From: Octopus bimaculoides
Lineage: Eukaryota
Direction of reading: 5' to 3'
Assembly: GCF_001194135.2 (NCBI RefSeq)
Contig: NC_069002.1
Location: forward strand, 6,132,014 to 6,196,013
Length of the DNA stretch: 64,000 nt
The position numbers and the translations under genes were made by a program. This document shows positions 1 to 13,769 of the stretch, one piece after another. Under the pieces are notes generated by a model, which saw only the letters and a program-made list of their open reading frames with translations, did not search any database and had not been told where the DNA came from. Every line of letters begins with the position of its first letter. Positions within the stretch are counted from its first letter, which is position 1.

Positions 1-48
<48 letters not shown>

Positions 49-329
49 CATCAGTAAGTTGAGAAAACTAAATGAGAACAATTTATCTCTAATATACACA
101 CGGAGCAAAGATGAAGAATTTCTGCCTGAATCTTCGACTTGAAGAATTACCATTACTATATGCTGATTAGTGTCAGATGTAGGTGAATAAAACCCCTAGA
201 CCATTCCACTTGAGTGGTTCTTTCCTTTCAGGAGGGAACCAAAACTGAACAATATGACTGCGTGACATAACTCATACGCTTTAGCCTGCGGGTCCCTTAG
301 ATTCTGAGACCACAGCTTCAGTATGCCAA

Positions 330-450
330 GCCATAGGCACTGTTAAGTCTATAAGCATTGGCACTGATATGGATGGGCTACAGCAGATATTCTGTTCAGT
401 ACCACAGATCTGTTTGTCAGTTGTTTGACCATAACCAGTTGAGCAAGAAA
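330..450 (-). mobile_element. Fragment of the R4/Dong-like LINE 3' region
   Basis: gatgggctacagcagatattctgttcagtaccacagatctgtttgtcagttgtttgacc matches 13350-13415. Confidence 0.55.
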
Positions 451-459
451 ATTCTAACA

Positions 460-640
460 GGGCCCCACCTGCAAGGTCATGCGCTGTATATCTTGATATG
501 AGATCACCATGTCACGCACACATGGTTGTGATGCATGTGCCTGGTGTACCCTTATCAGATTGGTAGTCATGATGGGTATACTGGGCTTCATATATTTCAT
601 CCCAGTGTCTCTTTGATGGCAAAGCACTGCTCTCTCACTC

Positions 641-674
<34 letters not shown>

Positions 675-690
675 TTAAAAATAATAATAA
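460..690 (+). mobile_element. Retroposon 3' fragment with (AAT)n tail
   Basis: Non-simple GC-richer body ending ctctcactc(aat)n; resembles a recalled abundant octopus repeat. Confidence 0.45.
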
Positions 691-1001
691 TAAAGAATTT
701 CCATATACCAATTTTATACTACAGATTTTCTGAATGCAATAGACTACCAAAGTAAGTTGAAAAATATAAAAAAACAAAAAGAAAAGGCTAACAAACAATA
801 ACACTTTCTAAAGCTAAATATACTGTAACATGGAAATTTAAAAGAAATTCTTTTTTTAAATAAAGCAATGCAAGGCAATAGAAGCAGAGAAAATATTGAG
901 TATGTGAGCAGAGAAGAGAAAGAAAAGACAAAAAGAAAGAAGGAAGACAACAAGATTAAGCTTGGATTTATGAAGAATATAAATATATAAATTTATAAAT
1001 A

Positions 1002-1013
1002 CCTTCCCAATCA
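1002..1013 (-). CDS. unc-13: Candidate 12-nt microexon of unc-13 (CTGATTGGGAAG)
   Basis: long T tract, cctttcttcaactcgaaag|CTGATTGGGAAG|gtattt; weaker AAG acceptor; shares TGGGAAG|gta with the 7238-7246 candidate. Confidence 0.3.
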
Positions 1014-1303
1014 GCTTTCGAGTTGAAGAAAGGAAAAAAAAAAAAAAAAAGAGAAAGGCAAAAATTCAATATACATTAATTACATATCACCTGTAATGAA
1101 ATTAATTTAAAAACAAAACTGTCTTCGGTTGTACAAGTTTTCAAGTTTTCGTTTTAAATAAGTTTTCGAAATAAAATTCCAGAAACTTCAAACATTCTTT
1201 TGTTCTTTTTTGTTTTCTTTTTTGTCTCTTGATCGTGCAGTTATGTCACGAAACAGAGACTTTAATTAAGATACGTGTGCATAATATATATATATGTAAA
1301 ATG

Positions 1304-1336
<33 letters not shown>

Positions 1337-1788
1337 ATATTATAAATGTATGTGTATATGTATTTTGGTACATAAAATATATGCACATGCAATGTATACA
1401 CATGTGTGTATATTATATACGTATATATTTATATATATACATGTGTACATTTTATACATATGTATGCATATATATATGTGTGTGCATATGTGTATGCTTG
1501 TGTGTGTGTGTGTGTGTGTATACAAAGAAAGACAGATTTCAATTAGAAACATTAAAAAATATTATATATTACTACTATAGATAATATCATGATACATACA
1601 CAATTTGTGTGTGTGTGTGTATGTGTGTTTGTGTGTGTGCGTGTGTGTGTGTTCTTTATTTTTTTTAAATCAATAAAATTTAGGAATCACATTTGAAGAT
1701 TTTGATAAACATGGTTTCTTTAATAATAGAACTCAATATGTCCTATGAGGCAATTTTATACATTTCGGCTTGCCATATATATACTTAC

Positions 1789-1883
<95 letters not shown>

Positions 1884-2280
1884 CATAAACAAAATAAAAA
1901 TAAAACATTTTTAAATATGGTAAAAACTAGAAGTAAAAAAAAAAACCCAAATATTCCTGTGAGAATGTGATATAATCATTAACCATTGATTTTTGGTTTA
2001 AAAAAAAAAGAATGGCAATTAGCCAAAATAGTCTGAATTTAAAACAAAATTAAATATGATTTTTAAAAATTATTGCATGCTTCCTTGTACTAAGAATCAG
2101 TTGGATGTCTTTGAAACTTCAGACATTTACATAAATTCCTGTAGCCAAGTGATTTAGTCGGTCGAATGTTGTTCTTAACAATCAAAACACTCGTCATGAA
2201 AGATGTTAATTTTTAAGAAAGTTGACCCCAACCACACAGTAAACAAAATGTTGACAGTAAAAGATTTAAGAATTTTAAAT

Positions 2281-2680
2281 CATCATCATCATCATCATAA
2301 TCGTTTAACGTCTGCTTTCTATGCTGGCATGGGTTGGACAGTTTGACTGTGGTTTGGAGAGTCAACGGCTGCACCAGGCTCTAATTTGATCTGGTAATGT
2401 TTCTACAGCTGGATGCCCATCCTAATGCCAACCACTCCAAGAGTGTAGTGGCTGCTTTTTACTTTTACGTGCCACCAGCACAGGAGCCAGTCAGGCGGGC
2501 CTGGCATTGCTCACATTCAGATAGTGCTTTTTATGTGCCACCAACATGGGAGCCAGTCATGGGGTTCTGGCATTGCTCATGTTCAGATATGATAGTGCTT
2601 TTTATGTGCCACCAGCATGGGGACCAGTCAGGGGGTACTGGCATTGGCCACGTTTGGGTGGTGCTTTTTATGTGCCAGTG
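2281..2680 (-). mobile_element. RTE-type 3' end/SINE with (GAT)n tail and internal ~55-60 bp tandem repeats
   Basis: (cat)n cgtttaacgtctgctttctatgctggcatgggttggac...; 4 copies of gtgctttttatgtgccacca; other copies near 4755, 20000, 26970, 35515, 44780, 47040, 52440, 56125, 61735 (same orientation) and 24585, 27340, 50225 (opposite). Confidence 0.7.
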
Positions 2681-3458
2681 AATGCAATTATCTATCTATC
2701 TACATGTGTATGTGCGTGTGTGTGTATGTGTGTGCATGTGTTTGTTAAAACTAATACATTTTCTTTTATTCTTTTAGCTTCTTTCAGTTTCCATCTACCA
2801 AATCCCCTCACAAGGCTTTGGTCATCCTAGAAGACACTTGCCCAAAGTGCCAAGCAGTAGGACTGAACTCAGAGAAGCAAGCTTCTTATCACAGAGCCAT
2901 GTCTGCACAAAGGATGTAAACATCAGTGAGGAAAGCCAATAAAATGGTGTTGCTGTGATATTTATTCTGCACCAGGTTACAAACACTTCCTTGTCATACT
3001 CGGTGCTAAAAAATAAAATGCAGTCAACTGGTTTTAACTAATGTTCACCATTTATGATCTAAAATAAAACAAATCGGTAAACTACTAATTGTAACAGTAT
3101 ATGCCTAGTTACTAATGTGTCTCTGCATATACAGTTCTTATTCGGTTTTCTTACTTTTTCTTTTCTCTTTTTTTTTTTTCACAGTTTCACAACAACAAAA
3201 AAACAGAAGTATCAAAAAAATCTGTAGAATTCATTAGCAAATTTTGACCTTAATTACACTTTCTAAATTAATTAAGGACAAGTAAAAAGCCGAAATACAT
3301 AAAGCTTGCATCTAATAGGTGTATCGCATTACTCCTGAATAAAGTAACAATAAATAGAAAGAAATTCATGGTTATAATATCAATTAGCAATAGCAATTAG
3401 TAATATCAGTAATATAACAATCCTTAACAGCACATAACACTTAAATATTGCAATAATG

Positions 3459-3509
<51 letters not shown>

Positions 3510-3950
3510 TATAGATATATACACATATATACATATATATATACATATATATATATAGATATATACACATATATACATATATATATATACATATATATAC
3601 ATATATACATATATATATATACATATATATATACACATATATATATTAGAAGAAAGAGCATAAAAAAAGGTAATGAAATTCTCAAAATGTTATTTTGTTT
3701 TTATGCAAGAATTTACCAATAGGGAATATTAAGTAGAGACTTACACTTTCATTTACCTAATTATTTTAATTGAAAAGCAATAAAAACTAACATGGATGGA
3801 TAGATGGATGGACAGACAGACAGATGGAGTAGTCATATCAAATCTGACTTCTGGAACATTCATATCCACCAGTCTTTCCTAGGACATTACATGAGTGGTT
3901 TGCCTTTGCCAACATAAAGTGAACCTACTGCTTATGTATCTTTAGATGTT

Positions 3951-4184
3951 TCTTATTTCTTTATTGCCCACAAGGGGCTACATACAGAGGAGACAAACAA
4001 GGACAGATAAACAGATTAAGTCGATTATATCAACCCCAGTGCGTAACTGGTACTTATTTAATCAACCCCGAAAGGATGAAAGGCAAAGATGACCTCGGCG
4101 GAATTTGAGCTCAGAACTTAACGGCAGACAAAATACCGCTAAGCATTTCGCCCGGTGTGCTAACGTTTCTGCCAGCTCGCCACC
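3951..4184 (-). mobile_element. tRNA-derived SINE family B, near complete
   Basis: Reverse complement ggtggcgagctggcagaaacgttagcacaccgggcgaaatgcttagcgg...ttctgagctcaaattccgccgaggtc. Confidence 0.85.
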
Positions 4185-4984
4185 TGAATATAACAAAATT
4201 ATAATTATTAATGGCAATTCTCATACACACCCAACTGCATGAAAATTTCTTTAAATGAGACACAAAAAAAAAAGCATGACTTTCTCAAAATATTTTTCAT
4301 TTTGTGCTAAAATTTGCAGATATGGGATTTTTATTGTTTAAATTAAAAACAAAAATAAAAAACTAAGTTCGTTTACCCTTTGATCTTGCTAATTATTTTA
4401 ATTGCAAAGAGGTTAAGAGCCAATATAAAAATACAATAAAATGCTTTTTGTTGTTGCTGTTGTTGTTGTTGTTTTTAGTTCCAGTTTAGTCATGATCAAA
4501 CAGACCTAGCAGAAAATACATTCCATTTGTGACCATCCTGACATGTCATATTTTCAGGCAAAGTGTAACTTGAACTACATTGCCGAAAATGTCTTTTCTC
4601 CTTTGAAGATGGTGAGGCATCATTTAAAGGAGATTTAGCTGCTATTACTTGCAGGTTGAACAACCAACCATACAGAGGTTCCCTGATTGGCAATAAGATG
4701 CAGTCGTATTCTGATTTAATCAAATATTATAACATTCAATATTAACTGAACATTCATCATCATCATCATCATCATCATTTTAACATCCACTTTTCCATGC
4801 TGGCATGGGTTGGACAGAATTTGTCAAGGTGGTTTTTTTTTTCTATGGCTGGATGCCTTTCCTTCACCAACCTTCAACTGTTTTCCATGGAAAATTGACA
4901 ACAAAGAACAGAGCTTACATGAGGGTGACACTCATTTACAGCAACTGTCACGTGATATCAGGCCAAGGAGACAGTAATACATGA

Positions 4985-5520
4985 GATATCAATGAAGTGA
5001 TTGTTTAGTTTCAGAATGGCATTGTCAGGTAGGAGTGAGAGGTCAGATCTGGCTGATTTGAACATAAAACAAATAGAATATCTGGATTAGATAAGGCTAG
5101 TTTAACCTGTTAGCATTCTGATTAATCTGTCTATTGTAATGCTTATCTATTCACATTGTTTTGAATTAATCATGCACTGTCTTGTAGCTTTGAGATTTCA
5201 ATGATATATTTTTTAGAATGACATTGTATGGTAGGCATGAAAGGCCTGATCTGGTCAGTTTGAATACAAAACAAGTAGAATATCTGAGCCTGATGTGGCT
5301 AGTTTGACCCTTTGGCATTCAGATTACTCAGTCAAATGTAATGCATATTTATTCACATTGTCTAAATTAATCCCCCATTATCTCATAGCTTTCAAGATTT
5401 CAACAATGTGATTATTGATATTTAGAATAACATTGTAGGGTGGGTGTGAGAGGCCAGATAGGGTTGGTTTAAACATGAAACAAGTAAAATACTTCGGCCA
5501 GATATGGTCAGTTAAATTAC
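4985..5520 (+). mobile_element. About 2.5 tandem copies of a ~200-bp TTAA/CCC-type (piggyBac-like) MITE
   Basis: Units start ttaacctgttagcatt (5102) and ttgaccctttggcatt (~5304); reverse copy near 40975-41125. Confidence 0.6.
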
Positions 5521-5995
5521 TACAGCATTCTTTTTTTACCCTTTTTCATGATTCAGCCATTGGACTGTGACCCTGCTGGAGCACCGTACAGTAAATTTTC
5601 TTTTATATATATATATATACAGTGACTGGCTGTGGAGGTCCGGTAGAATAAAACAGGAACAAAAGGAGTTCGTAGGCAAAACATCATTGAGACCGACTAC
5701 TTTGGACTGCGTTGATAAAACACTTGCCGAGGAAGCTGCACATTAGAACCAAATGCATAACCATGCAACCATGCACGAATACTTCTTGTGTTGACATTTA
5801 AACTATGCAAAATTTTATAGTTTTACAAACAGTGTTGTTATATGAAGAGAGAGCTCCGACTGAATACACAAACTATCAAACGGCTTGACTGCAAGTGTTG
5901 ATATACTTTCAGAGCTAACATATAAACAATCTACTGAATAAATATCGAATGTAGCAAATTTACACAAGTAGTAGGATAAATATGCTTCTTTTTTT

Positions 5996-6050
<55 letters not shown>

Positions 6051-6152
6051 CATACATACATACATATATATATACATACACATTTATACATATATATACA
6101 TACACATACACACATGTACATACCGATGTATGCTAAAGCATCCCTATGTGTG

Positions 6153-6201
<49 letters not shown>

Positions 6202-7237
6202 CCACATACACATATATACAAACACATACATACCAATGTATGCCAATACATTGCTATACATATATATATATATATATACATACATACACTCACACACATA
6301 TATATGCGTATATAATGTGCATATATGTGCACATTAAAGAGCTGCACATGAACATGAAAGTGTAAACTGTTAAAAACTGTTAAAAGGTATCGAGACAGAT
6401 CTGGCAAAATATGTAAGTTATGGTTTCTATGAAAGCCTTCAATGGCAACATTGGTCACTCGTATATCAAAAGAATATGTAAAAGCTGTATTCATTAGCTT
6501 CTCACATCACAGCTCAGCAATCATCAGGAGTTCTTTGACTGTCAAAAATATATTGTTCTGACTTCAATGTCATACACTTTGCCACGTCATTGCTACATTA
6601 TGCTTTTTTTCCAGATATGAGTCACAGCTCAAATTCTCAGTGCTGTTGACAGTTAACACTTCGTTCTGAATTTCCTTCTGGCAAATTAGGGCTCTTTTTG
6701 CTTTGTTTTGTTTTGTTATGCTTTTTTTCTTTTCTTTGTTAAAGACAAAATTCTCAATAAATGAACTTGGTTTTTCTCTAATCTCTTCTACATAGTTAAG
6801 TGACTTTCGTTGGTTTGCTGTTCTTTTTATTTTTTACTGGGGGCATGACCTTGTAAACAAATCGACCCCAGTAAATATTTTTTCAAGTTTAGTACTTATT
6901 CAAAACGCTATTTCTTGCAGTAGTGAATCTTGGCTGAATTCTTTTGAATGTTTTACGACAAGAGTTTGTAAATTGAAGTTAAATGCCATTACATACATGT
7001 GCACAATGCGAGGAATTTTATACAAAACATCAAAGAGAAAATTGTTGATGTAGCATTATACTTGAGTATGAAAAACAAAAAGAGGGAAGAAGAATGGTGG
7101 GTAATAAAAAAAAAACATTCCTGATTTTAAGTAAAATAAATCTGGAGGGAACAAATTATATTATATCTGAGATTGCATTGTATTCAGGTAGATATGGTTT
7201 TATTTGAAAGAAAATATTAATAAAAATTTATAGTTAC

Positions 7238-7246
7238 CTTCCCAGT
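7238..7246 (-). CDS. unc-13: Candidate 9-nt microexon of unc-13 (ACTGGGAAG)
   Basis: ctgttttctttttttctttaatttgcag|ACTGGGAAG|gtaact; frame-preserving. Confidence 0.45.
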
Positions 7247-7323
7247 CTGCAAATTAAAGAAAAAAAAGAAAACAGATTTAGCATAAAAACTGATATAAAA
7301 CAAAGATATAATATAAAACACTC

Positions 7324-7358
<35 letters not shown>

Positions 7359-7362
7359 ACAC

Positions 7363-7406
<44 letters not shown>

Positions 7407-9690
7407 ACATATACATATATATATAAACACAAATATATATGTATATATAAACACACACACACATATATATATATATCTACAAACACAAATATAGAATGAA
7501 ACATAAAATACAGATATAGTACGAAATATGAAATATATATAACATAAAACACAGTACATAACAAAGAATATATTTTATTTAAGCATATGGTACAACCTGG
7601 TAGCCAGTTACTGTAAGAGAGATAATCATTTCAAGACAAATGTTGGGGAGATTGGAAATTTGACTTTTAAAATGAAGAACTTAATAGAATATATGTATCT
7701 TATTTTTATTTACAGACTCATTGTGAAGATGTAAATACTTCTAGTTATAGGTAATCACATCTAGCACCATTTCATTCTTGATGACCCAAGGCAAATAAAT
7801 TAAATGAATTTAAACATTTTACAAAGCAAGATATTTCTTACAGTGGAAAGCAATTTACAGTTTAGAGGACATTCATGATAAATTATACAATTAACATAAG
7901 AATAGATGTACAAGATATGAGAAGAATATATCAAATAAAACTATTTTCAAAATGCCAAAACATTAAAAATTGCCTAAAGGGATTTTCTTGAAAATTGGTA
8001 AGGCATAAAGAAAAATATGAAACTGATAATCTAAAAAGTTATTTAAATGTCCAAATGTTGAAATCAAGTTGTTAACAAGATTAGAATTTCTCAAACTATT
8101 CACCTCATTTTTAGAGATTAATGATGTTTGAATGCATCACATCTACATTCTATTCTGATCAGATTAATTTCTAATCATATTCCTGGATATGTACAAAGTA
8201 TGTGACTGGATTTAATCTAATTTAGAACTTAGTTTAGAAAATAAAGAAGATTGAAGATCAAACCAATACGAACATAGTGTACATATGAAATATTGCAAAA
8301 ATGGTTTCACTTCTAAAGATGAAATTGACAGTCTGAAGAATTATGATGTAAATGTATGGACATAGCTGCATGGTTAAGAAGCTCATTTTGCATCCATGAA
8401 ATTACAGGTTCAATACCTTGGGCAAGTGTTTTCTATTACAGCCCTGGTTAGACCAATGCCTTGGGAGTGAATTTGACTGATGGAAACTGTAAAACCACAG
8501 TGTGTGTGTCCCTTCTCCACCACCACTCGACTGTAGCACGTTTCTTCCCTCCATGCACCCCACCATACCAAACTGAGTGCAACTATAATAACCCCAATCC
8601 CAATCACATAACAACTATTTTGTTTTGCTACTTGTAGAAGATGTATTCTTTGCTCTCAGCACTGTAAAGAATTCTTTTCTTTTCAAGACATACTTTAATT
8701 CTAAGTTGCTAAATTAACAATATAAATACATTAGAAAGAATATACAAACTGCTTCGATTAGAATACGTAATTTCCTCAAAATCACAGCAATGTAATCCCA
8801 AATAAATGTCCAATTGCTATTTATTAAAATGCTTTGACATGCTTTTATTATTATTTCACTAACTGCAAGTGTAATCTTTAATTGAAGATTACCTCAATTA
8901 ATTCACAGCTTTTAATTAGAAAATATATCACACAGAGAGCTTGAATTAGTGTATTTCTTTCAATTAATTCAAATTAAAATAAATAGATAAGTTAAGAGAT
9001 GATGATTTTTACATCTTCGTTTTTAGTTTTGTTTTTATTTTTAGATATAAACCAATTTAAATTTTGTTCTGGTGTTTTGATATTGGATATTATTTTACTT
9101 TCATTTCGTAAGACACATAAATCAAAATGATTATCTAACTTCTGAACCTGTTTCCACCATAATATTTAATATATACATATAAACACACACATATATATTT
9201 ACACACAAACACACATACATTCATATGTACATACATACAAACGAAAGCATTAAATTGTGCCAGTATACATAGATTAAAATATATGTAAAAGACAGGAAAA
9301 AGAAAGGAAAAAATGCATAATGAAGAGCCAAAATGTAACAAGCAATGATATTTTAAAAATTACTGGAATAACAAAAGTAAAAAGTAACAAAAACAAAAGC
9401 TGCATTGACTCAGATCTTTACAAATATTATATACAGAAGCATACTTCAAATTTCAATTGAGGCTAAACATTTCTGAACATTCAAGTATTTGATAGCAGTA
9501 GCAACAACATGTAATTTAATCTAAGAATGGTCTTTTAACACAGTATTTACACCAGCCATAAATGTCTTAAATAATCCACTAATTTTATGCCAAAACTAGC
9601 CAGATTTAGTCTCTCCCACCTATCCCTAAGAAAACAAATTTGACAGATAATTTAAGAAAAAGTTCTGATTTAATTCGTGTGTTGAAGCAT

Positions 9691-9873
9691 ATTTTATTAT
9701 CTGGGGAGAACCATTCTCTTTTAGTGCCTTATTATTTAACTCACTCACCAGTTCAATTTCCATTCAATTGATTATTTATTCTTTCTAAATAAGTAAATGA
9801 ATGGAAATTGAACCAGTGAGTGTGTTAAGTAATAAGGCACTGAAAGCGAATGACTCCCCAGACACAATAAAAT
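9691..9873. repeat. Imperfect inverted repeat, ~85-bp arms, ~9-nt loop
   Basis: ctggggag...gtgccttattatttaactcactcac..gttcaatttccattca vs tgaatggaaattgaac..gtgagtgtgttaagtaataaggcac...ctccccag; single related arm near 57130-57215. Confidence 0.85.
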
Positions 9874-10359
9874 TCTGATTTAATATTATGATGGAAAATT
9901 TAAATCTAAACACTAAGGAACATTCTAAAAGAAGGCAAATTGCCATCGAAACCTTGTGTTCTCCCATTTTCGGATTTAGTAATTAAAGAATTTGTCTCCT
10001 GCTCAATAAGAACATTTGAGCAAACTGTGAATTCACATTTGCATTGGGTTGTTTACAATAACATTAAAGCGAAATTAAGAGATCTGACTTTCTCGCTTGA
10101 AACAACAAAGTCGAAGAATTTATCAACTTAGACAAAAGATTTGGTAAAATATATAAATTGAATTGCAATTCGGCTATAAATTAACATAATAATAATAATA
10201 GTAATAATGATAATAATAATGTTCACAATTTTGAAATATACTTCAGTAATGAAGAAAACAAATTAAAAGAAGATATTAAATAACAAACTGTAGATTAAAT
10301 GAGAAACATTTAACTCAAATGGAGGGATATTTCTCAAATGAATTCAAAGGATAACATCC

Positions 10360-10393
<34 letters not shown>

Positions 10394-10519
10394 TGTATGT
10401 GTGTGTGTGTGTATATGTATTTATATGCACACATACATATGTACCTACATACATACACACACACACACAGAACATTAACAATATATCAAAAATCCTGACT
10501 GTCAGCAATATAGCATTTG

Positions 10520-10556
<37 letters not shown>

Positions 10557-10842
10557 TGTCTGTGTATGCACACATATATGTATGCATGCTTATGTGAGTG
10601 TGCGCTTACGCATACATGCACACATATACATATAGATACACACACACATATATGCTGGTAAGCACAATACTTCAATATATGGACACGGCTGAGCTGTCAA
10701 CGACTAAACCAGCAATCCCATGAAACTATGCTTGGGAAGTCCAGTGATTCATCCTGGCTGGACAAAAAAACAAAACCAATCAGAGAATGACCACTATCGC
10801 AAATGAGTCAACAGCCATTCAGTAGTGTGCATGTGTGTATGT

Positions 10843-10882
<40 letters not shown>

Positions 10883-11312
10883 GTATGTGTGTATGATGTC
10901 TATTACATATCTTTTATCTTTTGAAAGCACTTGGCTCAGTGGTTAAAGCATTGTGCTCGCAATCATACATACAAAATCATACATTTTATACATATATGCA
11001 TGTAAGTATGTATGTATGTATGTATGTATGTATGTATGTATGTGGAAAACAGATAGAGAAGATGGAAGAGAGGAGGAGAAGGAAAGATAATCAATATACA
11101 ATACTTTAACACTTCATTCCTTCTTCTGCCGCACATCAAACTGATAGTTCACAGCTTGTTTAAATATGCATTTAATAAAATCCAAGAAACAGAAAAATTA
11201 CATCGAAGATAGCAGAGCTCTTCCAAAATGTATATTGGTTTCTCTGCATTTTTATCTGTATTTATTATTTATAGTTGTAGCAGTAGTTGTTGTCATAAGC
11301 ATGCTCTCTTTC

Positions 11313-11343
<31 letters not shown>

Positions 11344-11568
11344 TATACATATATATATAGGCCTTAAACTTGCATGAGTATGTGTGTGTACACACATTTG
11401 TATGTATATATATATATATATATATATATACATTTATGTAGTATGTATATATTTATGTAGTATGTATATACACACACACACACATATATGAATAATAAAT
11501 ATTTATATGCATATATATATTTATAAATATATATATAATTTTAATAAATATCTATATGTGTATATGTA

Positions 11569-11609
<41 letters not shown>

Positions 11610-11651
11610 GTATATACATATATACATATATACATATATATATACATATAC

Positions 11652-11699
<48 letters not shown>

Positions 11700-11825
11700 A
11701 TATAGTAAATCCAAAAACAGAAGACAAACAAAAAAAACAACAATGCAAGGACGTGGTACATGTAAAATATTAGGAATGTATATACATGCATGAATGCGTA
11801 TTTGTGTATATATAATTCATATGTA

Positions 11826-11839
<14 letters not shown>

Positions 11840-11857
<18 letters not shown>

Positions 11858-11864
11858 CAAAAAT

Positions 11865-11899
<35 letters not shown>

Positions 11900-11937
11900 C
11901 AAAAATAATATATATATATATATATACATACAAAAAT

Positions 11938-11980
<43 letters not shown>

Positions 11981-12020
11981 CATACAAAAATAATAATATA
12001 TATATATATATATACATATA
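11840..12020. repeat. Higher-order microsatellite: (TA)n-tacaaaaataataa, about 4 units
   Basis: Directly visible; embedded in the 11300-12040 TA/TG field. Confidence 0.85.
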
Positions 12021-12110
12021 TGTATATATGTATACATATGAATTACTTAAGCACTCTACATATCAATAATGAAAGCATAAAGCAGTGACTAAAGGCAAAT
12101 TGATGCCTAC

Positions 12111-12119
12111 CTTCATATC
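12111..12119 (-). CDS. unc-13: Candidate 9-nt microexon of unc-13 (GATATGAAG)
   Basis: tttttttcccattttctttttcatgttttcttacacag|GATATGAAG|gtaggc; frame-preserving, no stop in any phase. Confidence 0.4.
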
Positions 12120-12492
12120 CTGTGTAAGAAAACATGAAAAAGAAAATGGGAAAAAAAATTAACAATGTTAGACATTTCATGAAACAAATAAAATGCACAA
12201 TTTGGATTAAACATTACAAAGTGCGTTCTGCTCCAACACACACACACAGAGCCACGCACGCAAGCACGTACATAGAAGAACTATCATTGGAACCACTGTC
12301 ATCACCATTGCCATCGACAGCAACATTAATGAGCAGCAACAGCATCTCGCAAATATTTGTTGTTTGACATTCTTGTGCTGCGTTCCTTTCAGCAATTATC
12401 GAACTGAAGGAAAAAATTTATCCAAACATCTATGCATTCAGAAATGAAACAACAATAATAATAATACTTATGGTAATAATAAGAATAATAAT

Positions 12493-12528
<36 letters not shown>

Positions 12529-12766
12529 CATAATAATAATAATTATGGTAATAATAATAGCAAAATGAATAATAATTATAACAACATTAACAGCAACAAT
12601 GATGGTGATGAGGATGATGTGGGCGATGATGATGAGGACGATGATGATGACTGCTTTAATTCACCACAGACCCACAAGCACACAATTTCTAAGAGGTTAC
12701 CCCTAAAATATGGTAAGAAAACAACAAAGTTAGTTATTTCTCCAGAATTAAAAGAAACTATTAAAA

Positions 12767-12858
<92 letters not shown>

Positions 12859-13230
12859 TAGTAATATTTCTTTTGTTTTTTGGTGTTGTTTTTTTTTTCT
12901 TTTCTTATTTTTTTAAGCTTGATTGCAATTCAGAAAACAACAAATTGGCGTTATGAACTGACTTGAACATCACAAAACGTGTGCGCATGTGTGTGCATGC
13001 ATCAGTGTGGGTATGTGTATGTACGTATGTGTATGCATATATGTATGTGTATATATATGCATATATTTATATATATGTAAAAAAAAAAACAAGTATTCTA
13101 CGCGCAAACATTTTTACAAATAAATACAAATTATCAATGGAGAAAAAAGGAAAGAAAACTCAATTTAATTTGGTTTAAAATCTATAATGTATTTAGTAAC
13201 TGGGAAAACATTACTGCTAATATCGTAATA

Positions 13231-13510
13231 ATAATAATAATAATAATAATAAATGCCCTGATGCAGTACCAGACAGTGGCTCTCATGGCTTCTGATCTTA
13301 ACTGATTGGAAGTGTTATCTTGTACATTGTTTTGTCTTGGTATAAAAGATGGGCTACAACAAATATTCTGCTTAATACCACAGATTTGCTTGTCAGTTGT
13401 TTGACCTTAACCATGGCTGACGACATGTGCATCTCAGATCACGAATAGCAGTAGTGGGGGGAGCATCACAGCCATGTGTTGAGAGGAATTCTTTGGGGTT
13501 TGGATAATTC
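13231..13510 (-). mobile_element. 3' end of the same R4/Dong-like LINE family with (TAA)n tail
   Basis: Shares cagatttgcttgtcagttgtttgaccttaacc with the reverse complement of 44030-44100. Confidence 0.65.
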
Positions 13511-13769
13511 ACAGGTTCACTGATGTGTGGACATGCCCTGATGTTGCATGAACCAGTCCCCACTGTCTAAGGGTTTTGATAGGTTCCACACCTCAAGTGT
13601 AAGCTCAAGAGAGCAGGAGAAAAGCAGAATAAATTGTAAATAAACCAGCAGAAGGCAAGGAATAAAAGAAAAAAAAAAACTGGTGTATTTTTTGTAGGAA
13701 AGATTATGAGACATCAGACTTTGGTATCAAGATCCATGAACACTAATACCTGTAGGCATGATACATAAA

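Noticed and set aside
2440-2680. CRISPR-like repeat array
   Set aside because: Eukaryotic context; units are degenerate internal repeats of an RTE-type element with related spacers
3000-3005. 6-nt microexon candidate ttttttag|CACCGA|gtatga
   Set aside because: Short pyrimidine tract; too easily produced by chance to support
4559-4612. Plus-strand exon-like AKCNLNYIAENVFSPLKM; similar hits near 26860-26960 and 48105-48205
   Set aside because: Isolated AG...GT open segments with no recognisable homology or consistent gene model
12256-12389. Minus-strand exon-like segment SIIAERNAAQEC...
   Set aside because: Splice sites are plausible but only the phase-2 frame is open, the sequence is degenerate trinucleotide repeat, and no homology was recognised
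13517-13640. LELTLEVWNL resembling the EVWNKG of the missing C2A exon
   Set aside because: Lies downstream of the 18286-18409 exon, lacks KG..WD, and has no suitable splice sites
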